DNA of 34,855 bases from an uncultured Candidatus Saccharibacteria bacterium (GCA_964414265.1 CAYPVT010000002.1:1-34855); one strand, 5' to 3'; shown: positions 24,357 to 32,344, numbered from the stretch's first letter. Notes: generated by a model not told the origin, from the sequence alone. Made by a program: numbers and translations.

Positions 24357-25628
24357 ATGAAGAAAATACGAGTTGTTGAATTATTTGCAGGTGTTGGTGG
24401 TTTTCGACTCGGACTTGATGCGGCAAGTAAAAAAGATTTTAAGTATGAAACTGTTTGGAGTAGTCAATGGGAACCAGGGGCTACAACACAACACGCTTCT
24501 CAAATATATACGCGTGCTTTCGGCGCAGAAAATCATTCTTGCGAAGATATACAAGTGGTAATTGAAAAAGATTTCAAAAAAATACCAACTCACGATTTAC
24601 TTGTTGGAGGATTTCCTTGCCAAGATTACTCGGTTGCAAGAACATTGAATCAAGCAAAGGGTATTTATGGGAAAAAGGGTGTTTTGTGGTGGTCAATTTT
24701 TAATATTTTAAAAAAGAGTGGAAAAAAAGCACCAAAGTTTTTGATGTTAGAAAATGTAGACCGTTTATTAAAATCTCCGACAGGACAAAGAGGAAGAGAC
24801 TTCGCTATCATGCTCGCTTCACTTTCAGATTTAGGATATATCGTTGAATGGCGTATTGTTAATGCGGCTGATTATGGGTTTTCTCAAAGAAGGAAAAGGA
24901 TTTTAATTATGGGATATAAAAAGGGTAGCAAGGTTTTCAATCTTATTAAAAAAGAAAAAGACATTAAGAATTGGATTTACAAAAATGGAGTAATCGCTCA
25001 AGCATTTCCAGTTAAAAAAGATACCAGTGTTCTACATGAATTTAAAATTGAGGGTAGTTTAGAAAAAGTGTCCGAGAATTTTTCTTCTAATAAACCTGAA
25101 AAAAGCCCTTTTGAAATTTCTGGAATAATGATTGACAGAAAAGTCTACACTGTTAAAACTAATGCAGAATATAAAGGTAAGTCCGCTTTACTTAAAGATA
25201 TTATTGTTCACGGTGAAGCGAAGATTCCCGAAGAATTCTTTATAAAGGGTGAGGACAAAAAAAGATGGGAATACTTAAAAGGTGGGAAAAAAGAAGATCG
25301 AAAATCTAAAAATGGTTTTGAATATAATTACTCAGAGGGTCCTATGGTTTTCCCTGACTCTTTAGATAAACCGTCAAGAACGATAGTTACAGGCGAAGGT
25401 GGAAGCTCTCCATCTCGTTTCAAACATGTAATAAGGACTAACTCAGGTAAATTACGCAGATTGATGCCTCTAGAATTAGAGAGACTTAACATGTTTCCAG
25501 ACAACCACACAAAAATTATGTCTAATGACAAACTAACGCCTGATGTAAAAAGAGCCTTTATTATGGGTAATGCTCTAGTTGTTGGCGTGATTGAAAAACT
25601 AGGAAATTCTTTATCTGATTTTGTTTAA
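24357..25628 (+). CDS. DNA (cytosine-5)-methyltransferase
   Basis: Motif I ELFAGVGGF, motif IV GGFPCQDYS, motif VI LMLENVDRLL, motif VIII QRRKR and motif X GNALVVGV. Confidence 0.92.
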   Translation: MKKIRVVELFAGVGGFRLGLDAASKKDFKYETVWSSQWEPGATTQHASQIYTRAFGAENHSCEDIQVVIEKDFKKIPTHDLLVGGFPCQDYSVARTLNQAKGIYGKKGVLWWSIFNILKKSGKKAPKFLMLENVDRLLKSPTGQRGRDFAIMLASLSDLGYIVEWRIVNAADYGFSQRRKRILIMGYKKGSKVFNLIKKEKDIKNWIYKNGVIAQAFPVKKDTSVLHEFKIEGSLEKVSENFSSNKPEKSPFEISGIMIDRKVYTVKTNAEYKGKSALLKDIIVHGEAKIPEEFFIKGEDKKRWEYLKGGKKEDRKSKNGFEYNYSEGPMVFPDSLDKPSRTIVTGEGGSSPSRFKHVIRTNSGKLRRLMPLELERLNMFPDNHTKIMSNDKLTPDVKRAFIMGNALVVGVIEKLGNSLSDFV

Positions 25629-25656
25629 ATAAAAAAAGTACAATCTATTTAGGGGC

Positions 25657-25677
25657 TCGCAAGGACCGTCCTTGCGA
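25657..25677 (+). terminator. Perfect 10 bp palindrome downstream of the methyltransferase (no T-tract)
   Basis: TCGCAAGGAC-c-GTCCTTGCGA. Confidence 0.4.
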
Positions 25678-25721
25678 CAACAGAGCGATAACTGAACAAA
25701 CGAACTAATTCAGAGGAGTGT

Positions 25722-25801
25722 CAAAACGGTAGAATAAAAGTAATTAAAAAAGCTTTGTGGGGTTTGGTTGGTAAATATACGAGACTGACGAAGCCATCTA
25801 A
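25722..25801 (+). repeat. About 80 nt direct repeat, copy B
   Basis: CAAAACGGTAGAATAAAAGTAATTAAAAAAGC...GGTAAATATACGAGACTGACGAAGCCATCTAA matches 20212-20290. Confidence 0.8.
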
Positions 25802-25819
25802 CGTTTTGGTTATAGCTTT

Positions 25820-25828
25820 TGTTATAAC
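25820..25828 (+). promoter_or_regulatory. Extended -10 box (TGTTATAAC) 6 nt upstream of the ATG at 25835
   Basis: TGtTATAAC, then gtctat, then ATG. No SD. Confidence 0.4.
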
Positions 25829-25834
25829 GTCTAT

Positions 25835-26155
25835 ATGAAGAAACCATTTTTATACGCATCATCAGCTATTTTATACATTGTCGTTTTAGTTTCTGCTTCA
25901 AATCTTGCGGTTCATGTTCTACAAGATAAACCAGAAACTATACTCATTCCGATGACCATTTTGAGTTTGTTTGTGCTGTCGGCATCTATCATGGGGTTTT
26001 TGTTTTTATCTGAACCATTGTCTTTACTTATAGAAAACAAAAAGCACGAAGCTATTGTTTGCTTTGCTCAAATTGTCGGATTCTTCGCCTGCTTTGTCGC
26101 CGTTTTTATACTTCTGCTTTTCTTCAGTCCAATTCCATTCCCGCAAGGTTTTTAG
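25835..26155 (+). CDS. Small integral membrane protein (about 3 TM helices)
   Basis: 106 aa, dominated by three hydrophobic segments. No recognisable motif. Confidence 0.5.
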   Translation: MKKPFLYASSAILYIVVLVSASNLAVHVLQDKPETILIPMTILSLFVLSASIMGFLFLSEPLSLLIENKKHEAIVCFAQIVGFFACFVAVFILLLFFSPIPFPQGF

Positions 26156-26177
26156 AAAGTACATCAGATTAGAATTT

Positions 26178-26186
26178 TGATATAAT
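26178..26186 (+). promoter_or_regulatory. Extended -10 box (TGATATAAT) 7 nt upstream of the ATG at 26194
   Basis: TGaTATAAT, then aattcta, then ATG. No SD. Confidence 0.45.
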
Positions 26187-26193
26187 AATTCTA

Positions 26194-26610
26194 ATGAAAG
26201 TCTATATCGCCGCGCCACTATTCAACGAGTTTGAAAAAAATCGTAATGTCGAAATAAGTGAATATTTAAATAGTGTTGGCATAGCTACTTATCTGCCCCA
26301 AAAAGATGGGGGCCTTGCCTTTGATTTGATAAAAGCTGGAGAAGATAAAGGAAAAACGAGAAAAGCTATGTTTGAGAGTGACGTGAAGGCTATTAAAGAT
26401 TGCGATGCGATACTTTGTATTTTAGATGGCAGGGTTCCAGATGAGGGGCTTTGTGTTGAGCTCGGAATGGCTTACGTTCTTGGAAAAAAGTGTATTGGTT
26501 ATAAAACAGACAAAAGAAGTTTGGATGAGTTTGGTGATAACTTAATGATTGAAGGATGTTTAGAAAAAATTGTGAGCACTAAAGATGAATTAAGAAATTG
26601 TTTTACTTGA
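26194..26610 (+). CDS. Nucleoside 2-deoxyribosyltransferase-like protein
   Basis: MKVYIAAPLFNEFEKNRN N-terminus and PDEGLCVELGMAY, matching the AGPLF...D.GT..E.G pattern of the NDT/Rcl family. Confidence 0.65.
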   Translation: MKVYIAAPLFNEFEKNRNVEISEYLNSVGIATYLPQKDGGLAFDLIKAGEDKGKTRKAMFESDVKAIKDCDAILCILDGRVPDEGLCVELGMAYVLGKKCIGYKTDKRSLDEFGDNLMIEGCLEKIVSTKDELRNCFT

Positions 26611-26620
26611 AATTTGTCTT

Positions 26621-27166
26621 ATGAAACCTAAAGCGGTGAAGAAGAAAAATTTAAAAACAAAGTCACGGGCAAAGCCCCGTGTTCGTCGAAAGAAAATTAA
26701 AGGCAAATGGCATGCGCCGATTCGCGTGGATAAATTTGTCGTAACTCAAAAGTTTCTTGCCGTAGATAAAATAAATTATCCGAAGACAGGTGTTCACCCC
26801 GGAGCTGATTATGGAACTCAAGGGGAAGATAATGTGCCGTTATTTTTCTGCGCCGACGGAGAGGTGATAGAGACAGGGGCCAACCACAAGTATTTTGGTA
26901 ATTATTTCTTTTATTATGTGCCTGAAGTTGATCGAACTTTTGTTTATTTTCATCTACGAGATACTTTGCCGACTAAGGGATTACACAAGGCGGGAGAGCA
27001 ATGTGGTATTGCTGGGAAAACAGGTTTGTCTTACGGGATTCATCTTCATTTAGAATGTATAAAAGGTCGCAAAACATCCACCGATAGAGCAAGCTTGTAT
27101 ACTTCGAAATCACCTTTAATTAAAGCGACCGAAGACGCCGACACTTTTATCAGAGCTCGGTTATAA
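26621..27166 (+). CDS. M23-family metallopeptidase with a polybasic N-terminus
   Basis: HxxxD (HPGADY) and HxH (GIHLHLE) zinc motifs. The first 30 aa are about half Lys/Arg and there is no hydrophobic signal peptide. Confidence 0.7.
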   Translation: MKPKAVKKKNLKTKSRAKPRVRRKKIKGKWHAPIRVDKFVVTQKFLAVDKINYPKTGVHPGADYGTQGEDNVPLFFCADGEVIETGANHKYFGNYFFYYVPEVDRTFVYFHLRDTLPTKGLHKAGEQCGIAGKTGLSYGIHLHLECIKGRKTSTDRASLYTSKSPLIKATEDADTFIRARL

Positions 27167-27222
27167 ACAAAAGAGACCCATGGTTCAGGTCTCTTTTCAA
27201 GCCGCCTTTCGGTCGGCTTTTG
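27165..27222 (+). repeat. 58 nt direct repeat, copy 1 (double-hairpin terminator module)
   Basis: AAACAAAAGAGACCCATGGTTCAGGTCTCTTTTCAAGCCGCCTTTCGGTCGGCTTTT. The hairpins are AGAGACC/GGTCTCT and AAGCCG/CGGCTT. The second copy is at 29231-29288. Confidence 0.85.
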
Positions 27223-27280
27223 CTTAAATATATTATATAATAAATGTTAATTTACAAACTTACACATAAGAAAAAATAAT

Positions 27281-29200
27281 ATGGAACATGGTCACTTAAA
27301 TCACCACAAACAACCAGAGTCACATAATAAACACGATGGGCATAATACAGCAGATTTTTTAAAGAAATTTTGGATTTCTTTAATTATTACTATACCCATC
27401 TTTTTTTATTCAGAGATGGCAAAAGAAGTTTTTAATATTCGTGGTCCTGAATTTGTTGGTTGGCAATATATTCTGCTTTTTCTCGGTTCAGTTATTTATT
27501 TTTATTGTGGCTTCGCCTTTTTAGAGGGCGCTTATCGCGAATTAAAAGCACGTTTACCTGGAATGATGGTACTTATTTTTATCGCTATTACTTCTGCGTA
27601 TACATATAGTGTCTTTTCAATATTTTCTGGGGGAATGCACGATTTGATGTTTGAGCTTGCTTCACTTATTACGATTATGCTTCTTGGGCATTGGATAGAA
27701 ATGAAATCGGTTACAGGCGCTCAAGGAGCTCTTAAAGAATTGTCAAAGCTCTTGCCTGACCAAGCAGAAGTTTTTCGCGACAACAAAATTATAGTCGTCC
27801 CTCTTTCTGAACTTAAGATTGGTGATATCGTATTAATCAGACCTGGTTCAAAGATTCCCACTGATGGAAAAGTTATTGAAGGTCAGTCGAACGTAAACGA
27901 GTCTATTTTAACCGGAGAATCAAAACCAGTTCATAAAAATATCGGTGGCGAAGTTATCGCTGGTTCAGTCAACGGCGAAGGGAGTCTTAAGGTGGAGGTT
28001 CTAAATATTGGAGAAAAAACATTTCTTGCGGGGGTTATGCGGTTGGTCGCAGAAGCACAGGCTTCAAAATCACGCCTACAAATACTTTCAGACCGAGCGG
28101 CTTTTTACCTGACTATAATCGCGATTGTTGGAGGGGGAATTACTTTTGTCGCATGGTTAGTGGTTGGGGCTGGAACCATAACCGCAGTGGAACGTTTGGT
28201 TGCTGTTTTGGTTATTACTTGTCCTCATGCGCTCGGATTGGCTGTGCCATTAGTGACGTCAATTTCCACGACTATGGCAGCGCGAAACGGCTTTTTGGTT
28301 CGTGAACGAATAGCTCTTGAAGAAGCTCGAAAGATTGATACGGTGTTGTTTGACAAAACAGGTACGCTCACGAAAGGTGAATTTGGTGTTGTTTCCGTAA
28401 CTTCTGACGAAGTGCTTGCGCTTGCTGCTTCCGTTGAATCACATTCTGAACATTCGATAGGCAAGGCAATTTTAAAAGAAGCTGAAAAAAGAAATCTTCA
28501 GATTGATGATATTCGCGATTTTAAGACAATTGCCGGAATAGGGGTAGAAGCAATCGTTAACGGTGCAACAATGTTCGTCGGTCATCGTGGAGGTAGAGAT
28601 ATAGTTGTTGAAAAAAACGGTAAACAAATAGGCATGATAGTGGTTGCCGACGTCGTTCGTCCAGAAGCAAAAGAAGCAATATCAAAACTTAAACAAGCCG
28701 GACTTTCAGTTTCAATGATTACTGGAGATTCAGAGGAGGTTGCAAAAGAGGTTGCAGAAGAGGTTGGTATTGATGAATATTTTGCACGAGTTTATCCAGG
28801 AGATAAATCTAAAAAAGTTAAGTTACTTCAAGCTAATGGTCGCAAGGTCGCGATGATTGGCGATGGGGTAAACGATGCCCCAGCTCTTGTTCAAGCAAAT
28901 CTTGGAATTGCTATTGGCGCAGGAACGAATATTGCCATTGAATCTGCGGGGATAATTCTTGTAAAAAATGATCCGCGAGATATTTCAAAAATATTTAATT
29001 TATCAAGATTTACATATAATAAAATGATTCAAAATTTATTTTGGGCAACTGGTTACAATGTTGTTGCGATTCCACTTGCGGCAGGGGTGCTAGTTTCAAG
29101 CGGTATCATATTGCAACCATGGCTTGCAGCAGTGTTTATGTCTATCTCTACGGTCATTGTGGCTATTAACGCCATGTTTCTTCGCAATAAAATATTATAG
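27281..29200 (+). CDS. copB: Heavy-metal (copper) translocating P1B-type ATPase, CopB-like
   Basis: His-rich N-terminus (MEHGHLNHHKQPESHNKHDGH), TGES, transmembrane CPH motif (ITCPHALGLAVP), DKTGTLT and GDGVNDAPAL. Confidence 0.85.
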   Translation: MEHGHLNHHKQPESHNKHDGHNTADFLKKFWISLIITIPIFFYSEMAKEVFNIRGPEFVGWQYILLFLGSVIYFYCGFAFLEGAYRELKARLPGMMVLIFIAITSAYTYSVFSIFSGGMHDLMFELASLITIMLLGHWIEMKSVTGAQGALKELSKLLPDQAEVFRDNKIIVVPLSELKIGDIVLIRPGSKIPTDGKVIEGQSNVNESILTGESKPVHKNIGGEVIAGSVNGEGSLKVEVLNIGEKTFLAGVMRLVAEAQASKSRLQILSDRAAFYLTIIAIVGGGITFVAWLVVGAGTITAVERLVAVLVITCPHALGLAVPLVTSISTTMAARNGFLVRERIALEEARKIDTVLFDKTGTLTKGEFGVVSVTSDEVLALAASVESHSEHSIGKAILKEAEKRNLQIDDIRDFKTIAGIGVEAIVNGATMFVGHRGGRDIVVEKNGKQIGMIVVADVVRPEAKEAISKLKQAGLSVSMITGDSEEVAKEVAEEVGIDEYFARVYPGDKSKKVKLLQANGRKVAMIGDGVNDAPALVQANLGIAIGAGTNIAIESAGIILVKNDPRDISKIFNLSRFTYNKMIQNLFWATGYNVVAIPLAAGVLVSSGIILQPWLAAVFMSISTVIVAINAMFLRNKIL

Positions 29201-29230
29201 ACACATCTTTGACCGATATAGTCAGACAAG

Positions 29231-29288
29231 AAACAAAAGAGGCCCGTGGTTCAGGTCCCTTTTCAAGCCGCCTTTCGGTCGGCCTTTT
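29231..29288 (+). repeat. 58 nt direct repeat, copy 2
   Basis: AAACAAAAGAGGCCCGTGGTTCAGGTCCCTTTTCAAGCCGCCTTTCGGTCGGCCTTTT. It has 3 substitutions and a 1 nt indel relative to copy 1, and it overlaps the 3' end of the minus-strand ORF P6. Confidence 0.85.
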
Positions 29289-29625
29289 CTCTTTCTCTAT
29301 CCTCCTTTTCCCATTCGCGCCGCATCTCCTCTTCCATGTCTCGGAGTCGGTCGGGACACTCAGGGTAGTGGCGTTTCTCCACCCACACACGGCTTTTATG
29401 TCCGTTCTGTTTTGTCACGTAGACATGCGCCTCGTACCATTCGCCAGAATTTATTGGGTCGTTGCACCACGAGCAGTCATGGTGTTGCCACGCTAGTCGG
29501 TCATAACTACGGAGAAGGCGAGTGTAGTTTTTATACGATTCGTCGTTGGACTGGAATGGAGAATCCCAGCTTTGGATATCTAGATGAAGTGGGGTCGCCA
29601 CTTCATGCAAAATGATTTCATGCAT
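29263..29625 (-). CDS. Hypothetical protein, GC-rich orphan P6 (Cys/His-containing, charged C-terminus)
   Basis: 120 aa with a weak AGGGG SD 8 nt upstream. Contains HHDCSWC...HYPECP. No family recognised. Confidence 0.45.
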   Translation of the reverse strand: MHEIILHEVATPLHLDIQSWDSPFQSNDESYKNYTRLLRSYDRLAWQHHDCSWCNDPINSGEWYEAHVYVTKQNGHKSRVWVEKRHYPECPDRLRDMEEEMRREWEKEDREREKADRKAA

Positions 29626-29681
29626 GGTGGCTACCCCTAAAAAGAACGAAATTGTTCGAAAAATACTTTACCACAAAATCA

Positions 29682-29715
29682 CTATAAAACCCCGCTTTGT
29701 GGCGGGGTTTTATAG
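29682..29715. terminator. Bidirectional terminator, 14 bp perfect stem
   Basis: CTATAAAACCCCGC-tttgtg-GCGGGGTTTTATAG, immediately downstream of the minus-strand gene that ends at 29735. Confidence 0.75.
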
Positions 29716-29734
29716 TTTAGGTTATTTTTGCTTG

Positions 29735-30421
29735 TTATTTGTTAAACAATCTGTTTAACCAACCAAACAAACTAATTATATCTTGAGAAGCGTCAATTTC
29801 TTTTTTGAGCTCATCTTTTATAGCTTGCATAGCACTGATTTGGCTTTCTAATAGAGCTTTGTCTGTACTTGTTGCCATACTGTCTTTTATTTTGTTTAGC
29901 TCAGCTAAGTTTTCGGTTTGTTTGTTTAATTTTTCTTCTGCATCTGAAATCTTTTTATAGTCTGGTCCAAAAAAGAACTTTGCAAAAGAACCTCTGTTTT
30001 TTATTTCTTTTACATCATCCTCTGTTTCGTTTACATCTTTTTCGTGATCTCTTGCAATCAATCTAACTTGCTCTCCAATGCCACCTTGTCTATCAGCGAC
30101 ATTTAATAGCTCTTTAACATATTTTGAGACCTCACTTCTTCTTTCATCGCCCCTTCCTTCGTCGTCTTTTGATTCTTTGTCTGTGGTCGTGCCGTTATCG
30201 TTATCGTTTATTTCATCAGCATCATTATCTTCGCCATCAGAATCTTTAACATCTTCGTCGCGATCTTTTGAGGATGTTGCGTTACGATCTTCCGAATCTC
30301 GTTCAAGCTCAACAGTTTTTACTTCTGTTGCGCCAACAGCAGTTCTTTCACGTTCTTCTGCGTAAGCCTGTGTTCCTAAAACTAGCAACAAAGCCAACGC
30401 TAAAATTTTACTTTTGTTCAT
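29735..30421 (-). CDS. Secreted acidic coiled-coil protein
   Basis: Signal peptide MNKSKILALALLLVLGTQAYA|EE, an Asp/Glu-rich middle region and a heptad-like C-terminal half. Confidence 0.65.
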   Translation of the reverse strand: MNKSKILALALLLVLGTQAYAEERERTAVGATEVKTVELERDSEDRNATSSKDRDEDVKDSDGEDNDADEINDNDNGTTTDKESKDDEGRGDERRSEVSKYVKELLNVADRQGGIGEQVRLIARDHEKDVNETEDDVKEIKNRGSFAKFFFGPDYKKISDAEEKLNKQTENLAELNKIKDSMATSTDKALLESQISAMQAIKDELKKEIDASQDIISLFGWLNRLFNK

Positions 30422-30554
30422 ATATTTTTAAATTATTTATTTATAACGACTTTTGAGCACTTAGACATAGTATTTTACTAGAAAGCAGGGAAAGAACAAC
30501 CAGTTTTGTAAATAACAGGGAATGAAGAATCCCGCCGAGTATCGGCGAGATGGT

Positions 30555-31046
30555 TTAGGGCTTCCCCATGGGTTTTCTTTGGAGAAATGTTTGGGCCTTG
30601 TCGAGAACTTTCAAGCCGTACTTCGTAGCGGGCGAAATAATCTCGCTGTCACTAAGCTCGAAGCGAACGCCAGAGCGATTGGCTGTGTTTACAAACCAGT
30701 CAATCGTAAGAAAGGCGTATCCTCTCCAGTACCTTTCTGGCGTCGTGAGCAATGGCGTTGCCCAGAGATTAAACAGCCGAAGTTTGAGGCTTTCGGAGGT
30801 GAGCCAAGGCTGCTCACTTCGCGCGAAAGTGAAGCTTCCAGCACCAGGAAAGCCAACCCGCTTTTCGTCGAGAATGAACCGGACGGTTTTTGTGTCGGTG
30901 TTGTTGTACTTGGATAATGGGCCATACTCGGGTGAACACTTGAAGATGTCCTCGCGGGCGATTAACCCATCAAGGAAATCGTATTGAGAAAGGCTTTGCT
31001 CCGCTGTCAGGATTGGTGGTGGCGGTACTACAACAATATCGTTCAT
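30555..31046 (-). CDS. Hypothetical protein, GC-rich orphan P7
   Basis: This is the longest ORF of three that overlap in this GC-rich segment. GGGGA lies 4-5 nt upstream of the ATG. A CGCCGA/TCGGCG hairpin lies downstream of the stop. The strand choice is not certain. Confidence 0.45.
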   Translation of the reverse strand: MNDIVVVPPPPILTAEQSLSQYDFLDGLIAREDIFKCSPEYGPLSKYNNTDTKTVRFILDEKRVGFPGAGSFTFARSEQPWLTSESLKLRLFNLWATPLLTTPERYWRGYAFLTIDWFVNTANRSGVRFELSDSEIISPATKYGLKVLDKAQTFLQRKPMGKP

Positions 31047-31127
31047 GGATTCCCCAGATTAAAAAAATGAAAAAGAAGTGACTGCCAAAACTTTATACTG
31101 ATTATGGATTGTTGTAAACATGAGAAA

Positions 31128-31136
31128 TGATAGAAT
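31128..31136 (+). promoter_or_regulatory. Extended -10 box (TGATAGAAT) 6 nt upstream of the GTG at 31143
   Basis: TGaTAGAAT, then aaaatt, then GTG. No SD. Confidence 0.4.
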
Positions 31137-31142
31137 AAAATT

Positions 31143-31718
31143 GTGAATAATAATACAAACAAACTAAAAACAACATACGTTTTTATTGATGCGTCAAATC
31201 TTTGGGCTACACAAAAAGTTAAAGGGAGATTTTTCGATTTTGAGAAATTAAAAAAATTCTTAAAAGAAAAACACGAGGCGAAAGTTATTGAAATTTTTTA
31301 CTATACTGCATATCCCGCCGAGGGGACTCGCGAATATTCAATAGATGGTAAACATAAGTTTTTTACGTACCTTAAAAAAGGATTGAAGTTTACAGTAAGA
31401 AAAAAAGAGTTGAAACGTATCGTAGTTCACACCGAAACAGGAGATATTATTGACGAAAAAGGTAATATGGATGTCGAAATGGCTATTGACGCTATTCATT
31501 ATATGGATAAATACGACATTGCTGTATTTTTTTCTGGAGACTCAGATTTTCTAGCCCTCATAAGGTACTTAAGGGTTGGTTCTAAAAAAGTTTACGTCTA
31601 TTCTTCAAAAAACAACGCGTCAGAAGAATTAAGAACCGGTAGTGATGGGTATACAGATGTACTAAAAATTACGGAAGATATTTGGGGGCGAGAATTAAAA
31701 CATAGAGGGGAGAAATAA
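31143..31718 (+). CDS. NYN-domain (LabA/DUF88-like) predicted ribonuclease
   Basis: YVFIDASNLW, NMDVEMAIDA and FFSGDSDFLALI acidic motifs typical of LabA-like NYN domains. Confidence 0.8.
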   Translation: MNNNTNKLKTTYVFIDASNLWATQKVKGRFFDFEKLKKFLKEKHEAKVIEIFYYTAYPAEGTREYSIDGKHKFFTYLKKGLKFTVRKKELKRIVVHTETGDIIDEKGNMDVEMAIDAIHYMDKYDIAVFFSGDSDFLALIRYLRVGSKKVYVYSSKNNASEELRTGSDGYTDVLKITEDIWGRELKHRGEK

Positions 31719-31720
31719 AA

Positions 31721-31744
31721 GTAGCCCTCCTCGCGGAGGGCTAC
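31721..31744 (+). terminator. 10 bp perfect hairpin after the NYN gene (no T-tract)
   Basis: GTAGCCCTCC-tcgc-GGAGGGCTAC. Confidence 0.5.
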
Positions 31745-31893
31745 CCTTGGATGTAATACCCTTACGGTTTATGACTAAACCGAAAGATAGTCTATTATAT
31801 GCAAAAGATAACAAAATAGTCAATTATGGTTAGTAAACTGTAATGAAGACACCCCGGCTTAATATAATTTTAGCTTTTAGCAGATATTAAAAT

Positions 31894-32331
31894 ATGCAGA
31901 AACAAAGCAATAAAGAATCAGGGAATTCAGGGGAAAAAGAGGTTATGAAGCTTATTCCGTGTCCCAATTGTGGTAAAAAGTTAATGTTATTACCACCAAA
32001 TTATCCACTCTACGATGTTCAATGTACTGGCTGTTCTTTTAGGGCTCAGGTTAAAACAAATCAAACTAAACCAAAGTCCATAATCTTTGGGGCTGGATGG
32101 CAGATAATGAACAAAGTACTGAAGTCCGGATATATGACCCCATCGTTGTTTTTAAATTTTAAATGGTTAGAAAAAAGTGCCCTTAAACAGGAAATAAGGT
32201 TTTACCCATTTGTGCCAAAAAAGAACTTATCAAATTACAAACTTTCAGAAACTGCTCGTCGCGCGAATTACGAAATGTTTACATACGTAAGAATGGATAA
32301 ATTACCTTATTTTTTGGTTTATCAAAAATAG
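31894..32331 (+). CDS. DpnI-like (Dam-replacing family) Zn-binding PD-(D/E)xK nuclease domain protein without a C-terminal winged helix
   Basis: CPNCG...YDVQCTGCSFRAQVKT parallels the DpnI catalytic-domain pattern CPNCG...ADFYC..C..EFELKS as I recall it. Downstream similarity includes GAGW..M, FLNF and ETARRANY (compare TARRAGW). The ORF is 145 aa, against about 254 aa for DpnI. Confidence 0.5.
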   Translation: MQKQSNKESGNSGEKEVMKLIPCPNCGKKLMLLPPNYPLYDVQCTGCSFRAQVKTNQTKPKSIIFGAGWQIMNKVLKSGYMTPSLFLNFKWLEKSALKQEIRFYPFVPKKNLSNYKLSETARRANYEMFTYVRMDKLPYFLVYQK

Positions 32332-32344
32332 TTATTTTTAAAAA

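Noticed and set aside
29124-29615. 163 aa plus-strand ORF downstream of copB
   Set aside because: It starts inside the copB coding region in another frame and reads through the double-hairpin terminator repeat. It is most likely the antisense shadow of P6.
30522-30987. Plus-strand ORFs of 131 aa and 139 aa overlapping P7
   Set aside because: They are shorter than the minus-strand ORF, Arg/Ser/Gly-rich like antisense artefacts, and have poor SD spacing. The strand choice for P7 itself remains only moderately supported.
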